Made by a program: the position numbers and the translations under genes. A model generated the notes under the pieces. It was not told the origin of the DNA and made no database searches. It saw nothing but the letters and a program-made list of their open reading frames with translations. Positions 1-45,568 of a stretch of DNA of 64,000 nucleotides are shown here, one piece after another (position 1 is the first letter of the stretch; each line of letters starts with the position of its first letter). Source of the DNA: Octopus sinensis (Eukaryota). The stretch is from assembly GCF_006345805.1 (NCBI RefSeq), contig NW_021837028.1, forward strand, positions 1-64,000. Direction: 5' to 3'.

Positions 1-400
1 TCCTAATTTATAGAGGGGAAAAATTCTAAAGCTGTGTTGTTCATTAGTGGCGCAAATGACGATGGGTTCACTTAATGCTATTTTTCAGTATTCCTGTATG
101 TTAAATCTGGGATCTGTGTACGGTCATCCTCTGGCGTAGACTGTTTTTAGTTTGACCAATGTATTGCTCTCGACAAGTTAACATATATATATATCAAGTT
201 TTCCGAAGCACGTGGGAAGTTGTTTTTCAATGTAAAACGTAGATCCTGTTTGAAGGAGAACTCCGATCCCTCAATAAGGTTGACGCAAATACCACATTTC
301 TTTTACTGTCGGTTTCGATGTTGTTGATAAGTGTACTTGGGCTTGTGTTACAATACTATTCATTGACTTGGACTGTCTTTTGCTCTTTATAACTGTAGAT
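1..400 (-). mobile_element. Degenerate Penelope-like element remnant (GIY-YIG endonuclease region)
   Basis: Minus strand with frameshifts reads KCGICVNL...SENLIY...CREQYIGQTKNSLRQRMTVHRSQI, i.e. Cys linker plus GIY-YIG motif. Confidence 0.7.
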
Positions 401-405
401 TTGAT

Positions 406-462
<57 letters not shown>

Positions 463-494
463 TATATATATATAATATATATATATACATCTAT

Positions 495-760
495 ATAAGG
501 GAAGCTTTATGAAAATAAACAAAGACGAAGGCAGGGTGGAAAACACAAACGAACAATTGATAGTATGGCGCTCAGGAAATATAAAATAAAACAAGTCTTT
601 AACGTTTCGAGCCTACGCTCTTCAACAGAAGATACACAGAGAGAGAAAACCACAGAAAGAAGGAGAGAAAAAAAATGCGTGCAGTAGCTAACGAATCAAA
701 AATGGCGATCTGATTTCGGCCAGAGGTCAAAATTAAACATGAGACGCGAGAGCGAAATAA
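495..760 (-). mobile_element. Penelope-type terminal-repeat-like segment with hammerhead-like motif (about 595-640)
   Basis: Minus: TCTT-CTGTTGA-A-GAGC GTAG GCTC-GAAACGTTA-AAGA; lies 3' of the PLE ORF at 1454-3413. Confidence 0.45.
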
Positions 761-1450
761 GGGGAGATAATAGGGTTGATAAAAAAAAAGGTTGAGGGAC
801 CGGCACTATAGTTAGTAGCTATGAGGGGTCTGTATGTTGTTGTATAGGGGGGTGGTGTATGTATTAGTATGTATAAGGGTGTGTGTGTGGTGTGTGTGTG
901 TGTGTATGAGAGAGTATTAGTGCGTAGGATTGGTCTGGACGTGCGTATGTTATTGGGGTTGGTGTGTAGTATTAGTATGTATTAGTACGTAATTGGTATG
1001 TATACGTGTGTGTGTGTTGTATAGAGAGTATAAGTGCGTATGCGGGGTCTGGACGTGTGTATGTATAGGGTTGGTGTATTTATTAGTATGTACTAGTATG
1101 TATTAGTACGTATTAGTATGTATTAGTTGGTGTGTGTATTAGTATGGCACATCATATGTGATGTGATGTGTAAAGTCATGTGTGTAGTGAGGAGAAGAGG
1201 GGAGGGGAGAAGAGGGGGAGAGAAGGGGAGGGGAAGAAGAGGGGGAGGAGAGGGGGAAGAGGAGAGGATGGGGAGGAGGGGGATGAAGGAGGAAAGAGGA
1301 GAGAAGGGGAGAGAGGGAGTGAGGGAGCAGAGGGAAAGGGAAGAGGGGGGAGAAAAGAGGGAAGAAGGGAAGGGGAGTAAGGGGTGAAAGGATGAAGGAC
1401 TGAAGAATAGGGGTCGGGGGGAAAGGATAGGTGAGGAGGGGGAGAGAGGG
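760..1450. repeat. Low-complexity tract: (TG)n, TATTAG-like repeats, GA-rich purine run; probably PLE 3' region
   Basis: Visible simple repeats; ORFs 1127/1180 are artefacts of the GA tract. Confidence 0.7.
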
Positions 1451-1453
1451 GGG

Positions 1454-3413
1454 TTAGATGAGACTGAGGGGGAGAGTTGAGACCAAATGGCGTATAAGAG
1501 CGAAGAGAGAGATTAATTCCTGTTCACGGCGCCAACGGGAATCCGGATGGCCTCTGTGTACGGACAAACCGAACACACAGTAGGTGTTGCAAGGAGTGAC
1601 CGGTGGAGCGGAATGGCGTGAGACCGGTGTGTCGTTCGCAAGGTGGATGTCACGAAGGTGTTCCGCGAACCGGTCAGCCAAGCGGCGTCCCGTTTGTCCG
1701 ATGTACAAGGAATTGCAGATGAGCAAGAGATGCAATAGATAATATTGCTGGAGGTGCAGGTGAAGGAGTGGATGATGGGATAGGTCGATGGTGGTGCTAG
1801 TGAGGGCGGTGGTTTTGGAGAGGTAAGGGCAAGTGCGGCAACGTGGGCGGGAGCAGGGGAACGAGCCGGTTTGGGAGGTAGGGTCAGGGAAGGAAGCTAT
1901 GGACCAAAAGGTCTCGAAGGTTGTGGGCTCGTTTGAAAGAGGGGAGGGGTCGGTTAGGGAAGAGGTTTGAAGTGGACGGGTCGGACTGGAGATGACGGAA
2001 AGCTCGAAGAATGGTGCGTTGGAGACGTAGGGTCGTGGGGTGGTAAGTGAGGGAAAAGGAGGCGGGAGACTACAGGGCGGGTTCGGGGAGAAGAGCAGAT
2101 ACACGGTCCACGGACCGTGCTCTGGCAAGGGCGTGTGGATAGTGGTGAGGGGGTATCCACGTAGGGTGAATTGGTGAGCCATACGTTGAGACTGAATCTC
2201 AAAGTCATGGTCGTCACTACAGAGCCTACGTAGACGAGGAATTGGGAATAGGGGATGGAAAGCTTGGTGTGTTTTCTGGGTGGGAGGAAGAGAAGTTGAG
2301 GTATGAGTGTGAGTCTGTGTGTTTGTAGTGAATGGAGGTGGTAAGAGTGGAGTGAAGAATGCTAACCGAAATGTCGAGGAAGGAGACAGAGGTGTTGGAG
2401 ATGTGAAGTGAAGTGGAGGGCTGGATGGAAAGATTGGACGAAAGAGAGGAAGGAATCTAGATGTTCGCGGGAGAGTGAGGTGGCACCGATAATGTCGTCA
2501 ATGTAACGACCATATAGTTCAGGAGTGGGACCAGTGAAATTAGAGAATATTTGGGCCTCACCATAGCCAACGAACAGGTTCGCATAGTTGGGGCCCATTC
2601 GCGTTCCCATGGCCACTCCCGAGACCTGATGGTAGAACTCGCCCGCGAACGAGAAACAGTTCAGAGTAAGGACAAGTTCGGCCAGACGAATGAGTGTGGA
2701 GGTGTCAGGTACAGGGTTAGAGCGGCGGTCAAGAAAGTGTCGAAGGGCCTGCAGTCCTTCGTGGTGAGGGATAACAGTATAGAGGCTTTGGATGTCCATA
2801 GTAAAAAGGATTTTGGAGGAGCCGGGAGGAAAGGAGAAAGAGTTGAAAAGCCGGAGAGCATGGTTGGTATCGTGGATGTGGGAGGGAGAAAGATGCCACT
2901 AGGGGGAAGGACACGGTCGAGGTATTTAGAGATGAGCTCCGTGGGGAAGTTACAGGCGGAGACGATGGGGCGGCCAGGGTTGTTGGGTTTGTGGATTTTG
3001 GGGAGGAAGTAAATGGTGGGGTACGTGGGGTTCGCACAATTAGGTTGGATGCGGTGCGGGGGAGACGGGAGGACGAGAAGGTCTTGGACAGTAGAGGATA
3101 CCGTCTGTTGGTAGCTACGTGTGGGGTTAGAGGGCAGAGGGGAATATAAGGAGGTGTCATTGAGTTGGCGGAAAGCCTCGGCCCTATAGAGGTCCGCGCG
3201 CCACACCACTACAGCTCCACCCTTGTCAGCCGGTTTGATGATAATGTCAGCGCGCCGTTGGAGGGAACGAAGAGCCAAGAGCTCAGCCGGGGAGATGTTG
3301 AGGCGGCGTTGGCGCCTGGAGAAGTTGAACCGCTCCAATGCACGCTGACAAGCGCCCGCGAAAAGATCCACTGCTAGGATCTGGCCAGGGGCAGGCGTCC
3401 ACGGGGATGGTCG
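1454..3413 (-). mobile_element. Penelope-like retroelement (Neptune-like) RT + GIY-YIG, 5'-truncated, frameshifted
   Basis: RT motifs IYFLPKIHKPNNPGRPIVS, DIQSLYTVIPH, GVAMGTRMGPNYANLFVG, RYIDDI; Cys linker CSRPRCRTC; CNSLYIGQTGRRLADRFAEH. Confidence 0.9.
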
Positions 3414-3684
3414 GCATGTATATATATATGTATATATATATATACATATGTATATATTTGAAGATTCGATATATTTGACTTATTTGAGGATTTGATTATA
3501 TATATATATTCATATACATACATGCATACATATATATGCAATATACTGATTTTTTTGCATTGTATTTACTCTTTCATTATCCTAATTGCTCTGCTTGTTA
3601 TTATAATTATCACTATCACTAACATCATCACCATTTTCATTTCCGCTATGAAAGAAAAAAAAAGCAACTGAATTCAAAAGAACT

Positions 3685-34761
<31,077 letters not shown>

Positions 34762-35768
34762 CGTAGGAATTCTCTATAAATTTATTTAACTATCAGATAT
34801 TTTTTTGTTATGTAATAAATTAAAACAAAGTATACAACATATGGGAGAGCCATTTAATTCGTCGGGATAATAAATCTTGCTATTCAAAACTCATTAATTA
34901 GAAGCAAATTATTTTTTATTTAAAAAAAAAGAAACTACCTTCAAAATTTATTTCAGTAAAAGAATGGAGATTGCCGGATAATGAATATGAAGTTGATATT
35001 CTATGCTTAAAATCAAATACAAGCTCTAAGTTAGTTGCTATCTCATTAGCTTTATCTAGGATAAACGAAATTCCAATATTATCATTTGCTAGATCTGATG
35101 GAGCATATGAATGACGAAACTCGTCGCCCCGATCCTCTTCTCAAGCTATCTAAAATTCCTGTGGTATAATTACGAGGACTAAATAATAAGCACATTAGTA
35201 TAGTCATTACAAAGTATGACTAAATAAATACATATGAGTATGATTTCATAAACATATTTACCTAAAACATATGGTTTGATATTTGAATAATTATCTCCTA
35301 CATTAAACCACTCATCAACGTACTATATATATATTATAATTCGTATTTTAAACACAAAAGGAACCATAATATCCTTGAATTCTTGTGATTAAATTTGTCT
35401 CTTGTCTGTATAACACAGTTGATGCTTCGCACTGGCTAAGTGATCCTCATTTTCTCTCGTGCTTTATTTTTAACTTAAACTACCACACTGCACGTAAAGA
35501 GAAACCTTGATGCGACTTGCAGGCAGTTATGTGAGAGACGCAGCCTTCCGTAATGCGACAGTCCTAATAATAGATGTTACATTTGTGTGTTTTCTGTTCT
35601 AACATATTTTATTATCAATTGCTTTATTCAAGAGAAAATAGTAATTGACTTCTTAATTCGAAAAATCGCTTTTATTAAATAATTTATTTAGCGACGACAT
35701 TTAAAACTCAGGAAAGAGAAAAAAGGATTTCATAGCATACTTTCATATATATATGTATATATATATCG

Positions 35769-36142
35769 TGGCACTCCATCGGCTAAGACGACGAGGGTTC
35801 CAGTTGATCCGATCAACGGAACAGCCTGCTCGTGAAATTAACGTGCAAGTGGCTGACCACTCCACAGACCCGTGTATCCTTAGCGTAGTTGTCGGGGTTA
35901 TTCAGGGTGACACAGATTGTGACAAGGCTGGCCCCTCGAAATACAGGTACAACAGAAACAGGAAGAAAACGTGAGAGAAAGTTGTGTTGAAAGAGCACAG
36001 AATAGGGTTCGCCATCACGCCTGACGGAACGTCGTGGAGCTTCAGATGTTTTCGCTCAATAAACAACGCCCAGTCTGGGAATCGAAACCGCGATTCTATG
36101 ACTGCGAGTACGCTGCCCTAACCATTAGGCCATTGTGCTTCA
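35769..36142 (-). mobile_element. SINE-C
   Basis: Reverse complement of the 11189 copy. Confidence 0.85.
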
Positions 36143-36157
36143 CACACACACACGCGC

Positions 36158-36189
<32 letters not shown>

Positions 36190-36254
36190 CCACACACACA
36201 CACAAACACACACACACACACACACACCACACACACACAAACACACACACACAC

Positions 36255-36316
<62 letters not shown>

Positions 36317-36394
36317 TTATTATATTTATATTATATATATATATATATTATTTATATTATATGACTGAACGATACGCATCCATTCCAAGGTAGT

Positions 36395-36507
<113 letters not shown>

Positions 36508-36700
36508 ATATACGTATATATATATATAACGAAAATGGACCACTTTAGTCCCTTCGTGCCTAGTATTCCGCTATGACTTGGGAAAAAATGTGACCGGCAT
36601 CCAAGGTACCTACGTGTAATTATTTTACCATTCTTTTATACCCATTTTAGAGCTGAATGAGCAACGCTGTTTGGGAATTAATTGGCTTTGTTAAAGAAGG

Positions 36701-37080
36701 ATGATGGATGGAAGCACTCCGTCGGTTACGACGACGAGGGTTCCGGTTGATCCGAATCAACGGAACAGCCTGCTCGTGAAATTAACGTGTAAATTAACAG
36801 ACACGTGTACCCTTAACGTAGTTCTCGGGGATATTCAGCGTGACACAGAGAGTGACAAGGCCAGCCCTTTGAAATACAGGTACAACAGAAACAGGAAGTA
36901 AGAGTGAGAGAAAGTTGTGGTGAAAGAGTACAGCAGGGATCACCACCATCCCCTGCCGGAGCCTCATGGGGCTTTAGGTGTTTTCGCTCAATAAACACTC
37001 ACAACGCCCGGTCTGGGAATCGAAACCGCGATCCTATGACCGCGAGTCCGCTGCCCTAACCACTGGGCTATTGCGCCTCC
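36701..37080 (-). mobile_element. SINE-C with 13-bp TSD
   Basis: ttgttaaagaagg at 36688-36700 and 37081-37093. Confidence 0.92.
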
Positions 37081-37451
37081 TTGTTAAAGAAGGGCAGTGC
37101 TAAGGACTAGAATTTTCTTTGAATATTTGAAGAGTTATGGAAACTATAATCAATGACTAATATTATTTTAAAGGTGTGTTGTAATCACTGCTGGTCAGGT
37201 TATTGGTTCTTTCATGATTCGAAACTTAGTTACTTGTCCAACTTGGATCAAAGTTTTTGTTCTTTCTGACTTTAATTATTGGGCTGTGACTTTCTTCGCA
37301 TAACGTTTCAAGTATAAAAAGACAAAGCATAAATGCGTAGTTTACAAGATCAAAATGTAGTTAAAGATAAATTTGGATGATAAATATTCGGTATGTGCAA
37401 GACGCTAGTCCGGTGGAGCTACAGCTTTAATAATAATTCATTACTGTAATA

Positions 37452-37620
37452 GGCGCAGGAGTGGCTGTGTGGTAAGTAGCTTGTTTACCAGCCACATGGT
37501 TCCGGGTTCAGTCCCACTGCGTGGCACCTTGGGAAAGTGTCTTCTACTATAGCCTCGGGCCGACCAAAGCCTTGTGAGTGGATTTGGTAGACGGAAACTG
37601 AAAGAAGCCCGTCGTATATA

Positions 37621-37678
<58 letters not shown>

Positions 37679-37912
37679 ATGTGTGTGTGTGTGTGTTGTG
37701 TGTCTGTGTTTGTCTCCCTAGCATTGCTTGACAACCGATGCTCGTGTGGTTCTGTCCCCGTTACTTAGCGGTTCGGCAAAAAGAGACCGATAGAATAAGT
37801 ACTGGGCTTACAAAAAAAAAGAATAAGTCCCGGCGTCGAGTTGCTCGAATAAAGGCGGTGCTCCAGCATGGCCGCAGTCAAATGACTGAAACGAGTAAAA
37901 GAGTAAGAGTAA
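37452..37912 (+). mobile_element. SINE-B
   Basis: Complete copy with internal (TA)n(TG)n. Confidence 0.88.
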
Positions 37913-39779
37913 TATTACTGAGCTTATAATGGACAATAAAATTTTTAACTGTTTTCTACGCCAACATTGGTTTATGATTTCATAACGTCTCAGTCGAGCT
38001 GAAATATTTATCAATTTCCTAATGAAACAAATTGTATTCATTCATTTAGATCAACCCCTGTATTTTTGTTAACAACGACGGTTTATTTTATCGATTTCGG
38101 TCATAAAATAAAGTAGGTACGGGCGGGATTTGAACTCAAAGCGTAAAAAGGATGTCATCAAATACCACAGGGTATTTTCTTCTACATAACACGCTTACTT
38201 CATTCAATTCGCTTAAAAGTAAAGTAGACCTGGAGAATATATAACTCAAAAACGTAAATGGTCATAATTAATTTTCAAAGGGAATTTTATTTGGTGCTCT
38301 ATCAGTTCTACTATACAACCGCGTAGCAATTTAGCAATTTTGTTATAATTCATTTATGCACCAAATAAATAGAAAAAATGTACCTGGTTAAATTACCAGC
38401 TTATCTTTTCTGTTTATTTTTTCGTTTAGTCACTGTATGACTTATACAAGAGTAAATTTTAGCACAGAACGAACCTTGCATCCGATCTTATTTCAAGTTC
38501 TGATCAATATGTCACTTATGTTTTTTCAAAATTGCAGTGGAATCAAGGCATCTCATTTAGCTTTCGCCTCTAAATCTGAAGCCTCAAATACTGTAAGACA
38601 TATAAACATTTGTTGTAAATCTTATTTCCAGATGATGTTAATTATTCAGTCACTACAAGAAACATTGCTGGGGGTTATTTAAATGTAACAAGGGAGAATG
38701 GAAACTAAAGTTTTTCTCTCTGAACTGTAAATATTTTACGTGCCATTAAAGCGATTTATACTGAACTAATAAAATTACGTAAATAAATAGATATATAAAG
38801 AAGAAAAACCGTCAACTATCCCAGATTACGAAACCCCATTATTGAATCGGTAAAGTCTGGGCATGCGCGTATTGAATTGATGCTTACAAGTACACGAGTT
38901 GCCTTGAAATGATTTTCATGTATATTGATGTTAAAATGAAATTTAGAAAACATATCAAACAAGATAACATTAAAAAAATCAAAACTAAAATAAGTATAAA
39001 CAAAACCAGTCGATATAATTAGGTGTGGTTGTCATTAAAGTGCAACCGATAGCTTGTCTATAAATCAGATCCGTTTATGTCTAGAGAAAGTTTGACTATT
39101 ATTGAAAAAGTGGGGTTGTTGTCTAGAAAATTCTACAACAAGCTGTTGCCAGTTTTACACTCTGCTGACAGCAGTTCAGTTTGTCAAGATTAGTTGCAAG
39201 TTGATTCTGAAACCGGGAGAAAAATAAATAAAGATTTGTTTGTGGAAAAATAAAAGCTGATACAATTATTTTCTTTCTTTCGTCGTTTTTTCTCTTTTAG
39301 ACTGGAAAGCATTTTATTTTATTGCATTTCTTTCTGTCAAGGTATCAGATTGTATAACGGTTAAAATATCGCACTTTGTAAATGTGATTTTTTTTTGTAG
39401 GATTTTCTTGTTGTTTTGTTTCATCATGATTTACTTTCTGTTGTAAAATGAAAACATTTTGGAGGAGAGAATAAAACAGTAACTACTCAACAACAAAATT
39501 TTAGAAGTTTCACCCACGCTGCAGCTAAGGTCGAACACATTCCTAAACGTTAAATCCCCACAAACTAGCACGAAAATATTATCAAGTACAAGTGTAGGCA
39601 ACCGATAGTCTGAAAGCCAGTTCCGACTTGCGAAGGGATTTTGAGCAGGCTACGTGCAAAATATTAACTTCAAATTGTTGACACAAGGCCAGCAATTTCG
39701 GTCGTGGAGGATAAGCCGATTACTCGGCCATTGTGTTTAAGTAGTACTTATTTAAAAAACCTGATAGTAACAGAGTATC

Positions 39780-40590
39780 TAACTTCTCTTCCCCCAAAGA
39801 AAATTTTGAGAAACCAGCCCTCTACTACAACAAAGCCAGAGCCAATAGAGGCTTTAAAGATGAATTAATATATAACCCTCTAATAATAACAGGAATAATA
39901 AAAATAAACCTAAAAATAGACTTAAGAGAATAATTTGGTTCGCACCCCGTTCCCTTACTGTTAAAGCTAACATAGGTAAAAGATTCATGTTTCTCTTATG
40001 CAAACATTTTCCAGAAAACCACAGGTGTAGAAAAATATATAACAGGTACTCAGTTAAATTATCGTATAGCTACTGCTCCAATATGCAAAGCATCATTACA
40101 TGCAAATACCTCCAAGAGCCTACACCCAGTTGTAACCGTCGAAACGCGGGAACTTGTCCACTCGACCAGGAATGCGTGATTAAAGCCGTCATATATGAGG
40201 CAGAAGTTACAGCAACACTAGATGATATAACCAAAAAGAAGAGCTACATCGGGCTATGTGAAGGTGACTTCAAATATAACCATTCCAACCATATATCTTC
40301 CTTCCGACACAAAGACAAAAGTAAAGTCACTTGGTTGGCTAGCCACGTATGGGGTTTGAAGTCTAACGTCACACCACATGCAATAAAGTGGAAAATAGTT
40401 GAAAAGTTCACACCATGTCCCAACGGATAAAAAAATGTAAGCTATACGGAGTTGAAAGAACACAGATCCTTTTCAGATCTAAGAAATCTGCCACACTGTT
40501 GGATTCCAGTTCTGAAATTTTCAGCGGTTACAAACATATAGATAAGTTATTGTTGGCAAATTGGAAAGTACCAACCTCTCCAATTTGAGT
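39780..40590 (+). mobile_element. Penelope-like element 3' remnant (second PLE lineage; GIY-YIG)
   Basis: IIWFAP..VKANIGK.F..L.KHFP...KLSYS; C.RRNAGTCPLDQEC..KAVIYEAEV...YIGLCEGDFK. Confidence 0.8.
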
Positions 40591-40669
40591 AGCTGTAGTA
40601 CAGATTCTAGGCCACTATTCTTTCAGAATTATGACTTTACGGTCAAAGGGGACATAACTCTAATGCAAA

Positions 40670-41446
40670 AATACTTGAGAAGTAGGTGCCGCACGAATTG
40701 AATTACAACCAAAAAAAAAAAAAGAAGAAAAAACGCCGTTTTGAAGTGTCGTCTTCCCTTCTTTTACGCAGCAAGAACTACCCGTTTCTTGACCAGATTG
40801 TGACTTGCGATAAAAAGTGGATTCTTTACGACAACCGGCGACGCTCAGCTCAGTGGTTGGACGCCGACAAAGCTCCACGGCACTTCCCGAAGCCAAAGTT
40901 GCACCAAAAAAATGTCATGGTGACTGTTTGGCGGTCTGTGGCCGGTCCCAGCCATCACAGCTTTTTAGATCCAGGCGAAACCATTGCGGCGAAGTACTTC
41001 AGCGAATGGATGAAATTCATAAGAAACTCTGACAACAACAGCCAGTATTGGTCAATAGAAAATTACCAATTCTTCTCCACGACAACGCTCGGCCGCACAT
41101 CGCGCTACTGACTCTGCAGAAATTGAACGAATTGGGCTACGAAACTCTGCCTCATCCGCCATACTCACCAGACCTCTCACCTACCGACTACCACTTTTTC
41201 AAGCATCTCGACAACTTCGTGCGTGAGAAATGCTTCAAAAACCAAGACGATGCCAAACACGCCTTCAACGACTCCATCGCCACCAGAATACAGGATTTTT
41301 ATGCTACTGGTATAAATAAACTTTATTTGGCAAAAGTGTGTTGATTCTGTTGGTGTTTATTTCGATTGATAAAGTTTTGTTTGAGCCGGCATATGTGCAT
41401 CTGAATTTAAAGGTTAAAAACCGCAAGAACTTTCTTGACAATCTAA
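40670..41446 (+). mobile_element. Mariner transposase 3' part with right TIR
   Basis: FLDQIVTCDKKWILYDN, LLHDNARPH, HPPYSPDLSPTDYHFFKHL; TIR-like aaaaaccgcaagaactttcttgacaatctaa|ta. Confidence 0.9.
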
Positions 41447-41784
41447 TAATCTTTTTTTTCTTTTACATTGTTGGGATTAGAAGTTTAAATTTGAAATTAT
41501 TGTATCTATAAGAGATCATTTGATCCATTTTGTTCCATTTTTTATTTAACGTGATATACATAGACCATCACAGAATAATTGTTAACGAATATTATTGTGT
41601 GTGCTTGTGTGGTTTTTCAAATCTGTATAATGGAAGGATATACAGTAAACATACATAGGATATTCGAGACTAATCCTCCCATTAAAAAAATAATAATATA
41701 TACGCGACGATGTGATACACCATCAGGTTCGGTGATCTAAAGGCATTTAAAGGCTACAGTTCTACCAGATAGATATATCATGCA

Positions 41785-42153
41785 GGAGGCGCAATGGCCC
41801 AGTGGTTAGGGCAGCGGACTCGCGGTTTCGATTCCCAGACCGGGCATTGTGAGTGTTTATTGAGCGAAAACACCTAAAGCTCCACGAAGCTCCGGCAGGG
41901 GGTGGTGGTGAACCCTGCTGTACTCTTTCACCACAACTTTCTCTCGCACTTTCTTCCTGTTTCTCTTGTACCTGTATTTCAAAGGGCCAGCCTTGTCACA
42001 TTCTGTGTGTCACGCTGAATCTCCTCGAGAACTACGTTAAGGGTACACGTGTCTGTGGAGTGCTCAGCCACTTGCACGTTAATATCACGAGCAAGCTGTT
42101 CCGTTGATCGTATCAGCTGGGACCCTCATCATCGCAACCGGCAGAGTGCTCCT
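41785..42153 (+). mobile_element. SINE-C with 12-bp TSD
   Basis: atatatcatgca at 41773-41784 and 42154-42165. Confidence 0.92.
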
Positions 42154-42339
42154 ATATATCATGCAATCTCCTAACATCTCTTGCAATAACAGCATGCCAG
42201 ACATATGAATATCTGGTACAGATGCACTAGATATTTGCACGCACAATAATACTCGAGTTTAGAAATAAAAGGCGAAGAAAAATTATGCACGCAAGCATGA
42301 CTGTTTCAGAAGCTTACCTCTCAATTACGTGGCTTTGCC

Positions 42340-42450
42340 TTCACTTCCATAGTACTGCAACTTGGGCAACTGTATTTTACTATATCTTCTCTCCGACCAA
42401 AGGCTTGTGAGTCAATTTGGTTGACGAAAACTGTGCGGAAGCCCGTCGTC

Positions 42451-42481
<31 letters not shown>

Positions 42482-42654
42482 GATCCCTGCTGTACTCTTT
42501 CGCCGCAACTTTCTCTCACTCTTTCCTCTGTTGGCCTGCTCGCTTAGCCAGCGGGGTGGCGTCATTTGCAGGCTAAAACAATGCGAAACGCATTGTGACC
42601 AGCGATGTGTAGCAATATCTGATAGCCTGGTCAGTCATGTGATCACGTGACACG

Positions 42655-42703
<49 letters not shown>

Positions 42704-42975
42704 TGTATGTATGTATGTATGTATGTATGTGTGCATGTATGTATGTATGTATGTATGTATGTATGTATGTATGTATGTGTCTGTGTATAACCACCTCACC
42801 ACTTGACAGTCAGTGTTGGTTGGTTTGATCCCCCGTAGCTTAGCGGTTCGTCAAAAAGAAACCTGTGGGATAAGTACCAAAATATGTACTGTGGTCGATT
42901 TGTTTGATTAATACTCATCGAGACTGTACTGTAGTATGGCTGTCGTCCAATGAGTGAAACAAGTAGCAAATAAGA
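42340..42975 (+). mobile_element. Degenerate SINE-B with a SINE-C variant (different 3' module) nested in its internal microsatellite
   Basis: B 5' part ends agcccgtcgtcatata; C-like gatccctgctgtactctttc at 42480; B 3' part from about 42780. Confidence 0.65.
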
Positions 42976-44658
42976 TGTCAATGAACGGGAAATAGAATAA
43001 TGTAGATGTCGAGCTTGAAATTTTCAAGGTATTTCGCGGCTCAAGAGGACGTTTTAATCGAGAAAATTTTGTTATGTCAGAGGGTTTTATGAAACCAGCC
43101 ATAGTACAAAGATTAACAAGTTTACTGAGCAGGCAAAAATACAACCTTAAATGAAGTCGAGCGAATGATTACTTGTTTTGGAAAACTAACGTCAAATTTT
43201 TGTCAGAAAAACCAGTGGAAATTAAGGAAACATTTATGTTAGCCAATAGATTCAGGACGTGTTGCCGAATGATGAAGCCTTTTTTCTGATCAGTATTATG
43301 TTATTGGCAGTGAAAGATATTGTTGATTCTGATTAGAAATTTTTATTTGTATCAAACAGTTTGTCTACAAGAACGACCATTCAGTGAATTGAAGAAATAT
43401 CGGTAAATGTATAAAATTGTTTAAGGTTTTTCTGCAAGGATTTTGCAACTTTCTCGGTAGGAACATAAAATATACTGTACAAACTACAGTTGCTTTTCAA
43501 GAGTTTATCTAATTACATTCTATGCAGGATAGGGTCTTTCCTCGTTTTCTTCATCTCTTTCAAATGGTTCATTGTTGTAAATTTGGTATCAGCCAGATAG
43601 CATATAATCGTTTCACATACATTTCGAAACAATAAATGCACGAAAACGTGGGCGCGCACACACAAACATAAACACACCTAAAACACGCGCACACACACAC
43701 ACACACGCACACACGCACACACACACACACACGCACACAGGCAAGCACACACAGATGCATAAACATTTGCAAAGGTATGTTTGCGTGTGTGTGTATTAAT
43801 ATACGCAGCATTACATATATATATGATCTATACTATCTATGTTTGTATAGACACACACACACACACATATATATATATATTTTTATATTTTTAATTGTTT
43901 GTGCATTTATAAACGTGTATATGTATATATATATATATGTGTGTGCGTGTATTTATTATAACGTATATAATATATATAATATAATATATACGAATATATG
44001 TGTAATACTATGTATAATATATGTGTGTATGTGTGCATATATGTATATATATGTAAATATATATATGTAAATATGTATATATTTTTATGTGCACATGTAT
44101 ATGAATGTGAGTGTATATATACTTGTGTATATATGTCTATGTTTGTGTATGCATATGTCTGTATGTGTATACATACAAATTCATGAGCGATTGCATATAC
44201 TTATACACAGGTAAACAGGTAAACAGGTAAACTGATAAACCATGAAATAAACAAATAGTCACCACCATGAATATGTTATATTTACGCCACAAGTCACATG
44301 ACCTCACACTTTAGATCTCTTCCGTAAATTGCAATTTTTCTTGTAATAATAAACTTTATTTTAAAATGTTCCACATTTTGAATTTCGAATCTGATTCTCC
44401 TCTTGAAGTTGCTAGCTTAATGTATAAGAACAAAATATATGGAGGTCATATATAAAAGACAAAATGCAATCATTTTAATTATCAATTATTTATTAATTAT
44501 ATTATTTAGCTTAAAGTTCATTTGAAATAAACATATTGCTTGACATGGTCATTTCCTTTCTGAAAACCAATTATGACGTCAAGTCAACTCGTATGGGGAA
44601 ATATATTTAATCCACAAACAACGAACGTAGAAACATACAAACATACAAACTTGGCACA

Positions 44659-45568
<910 letters not shown>

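Noticed and set aside
2551-3377. Plus-strand ORFs opposite the PLE RT
   Set aside because: Antisense shadows of a GC-rich coding strand
40686-41344. Mariner ORFs as a possible domesticated SETMAR-like gene
   Set aside because: 5'-truncated, frameshifted, first catalytic motif altered (CDKKW); no SET exon or splice signals
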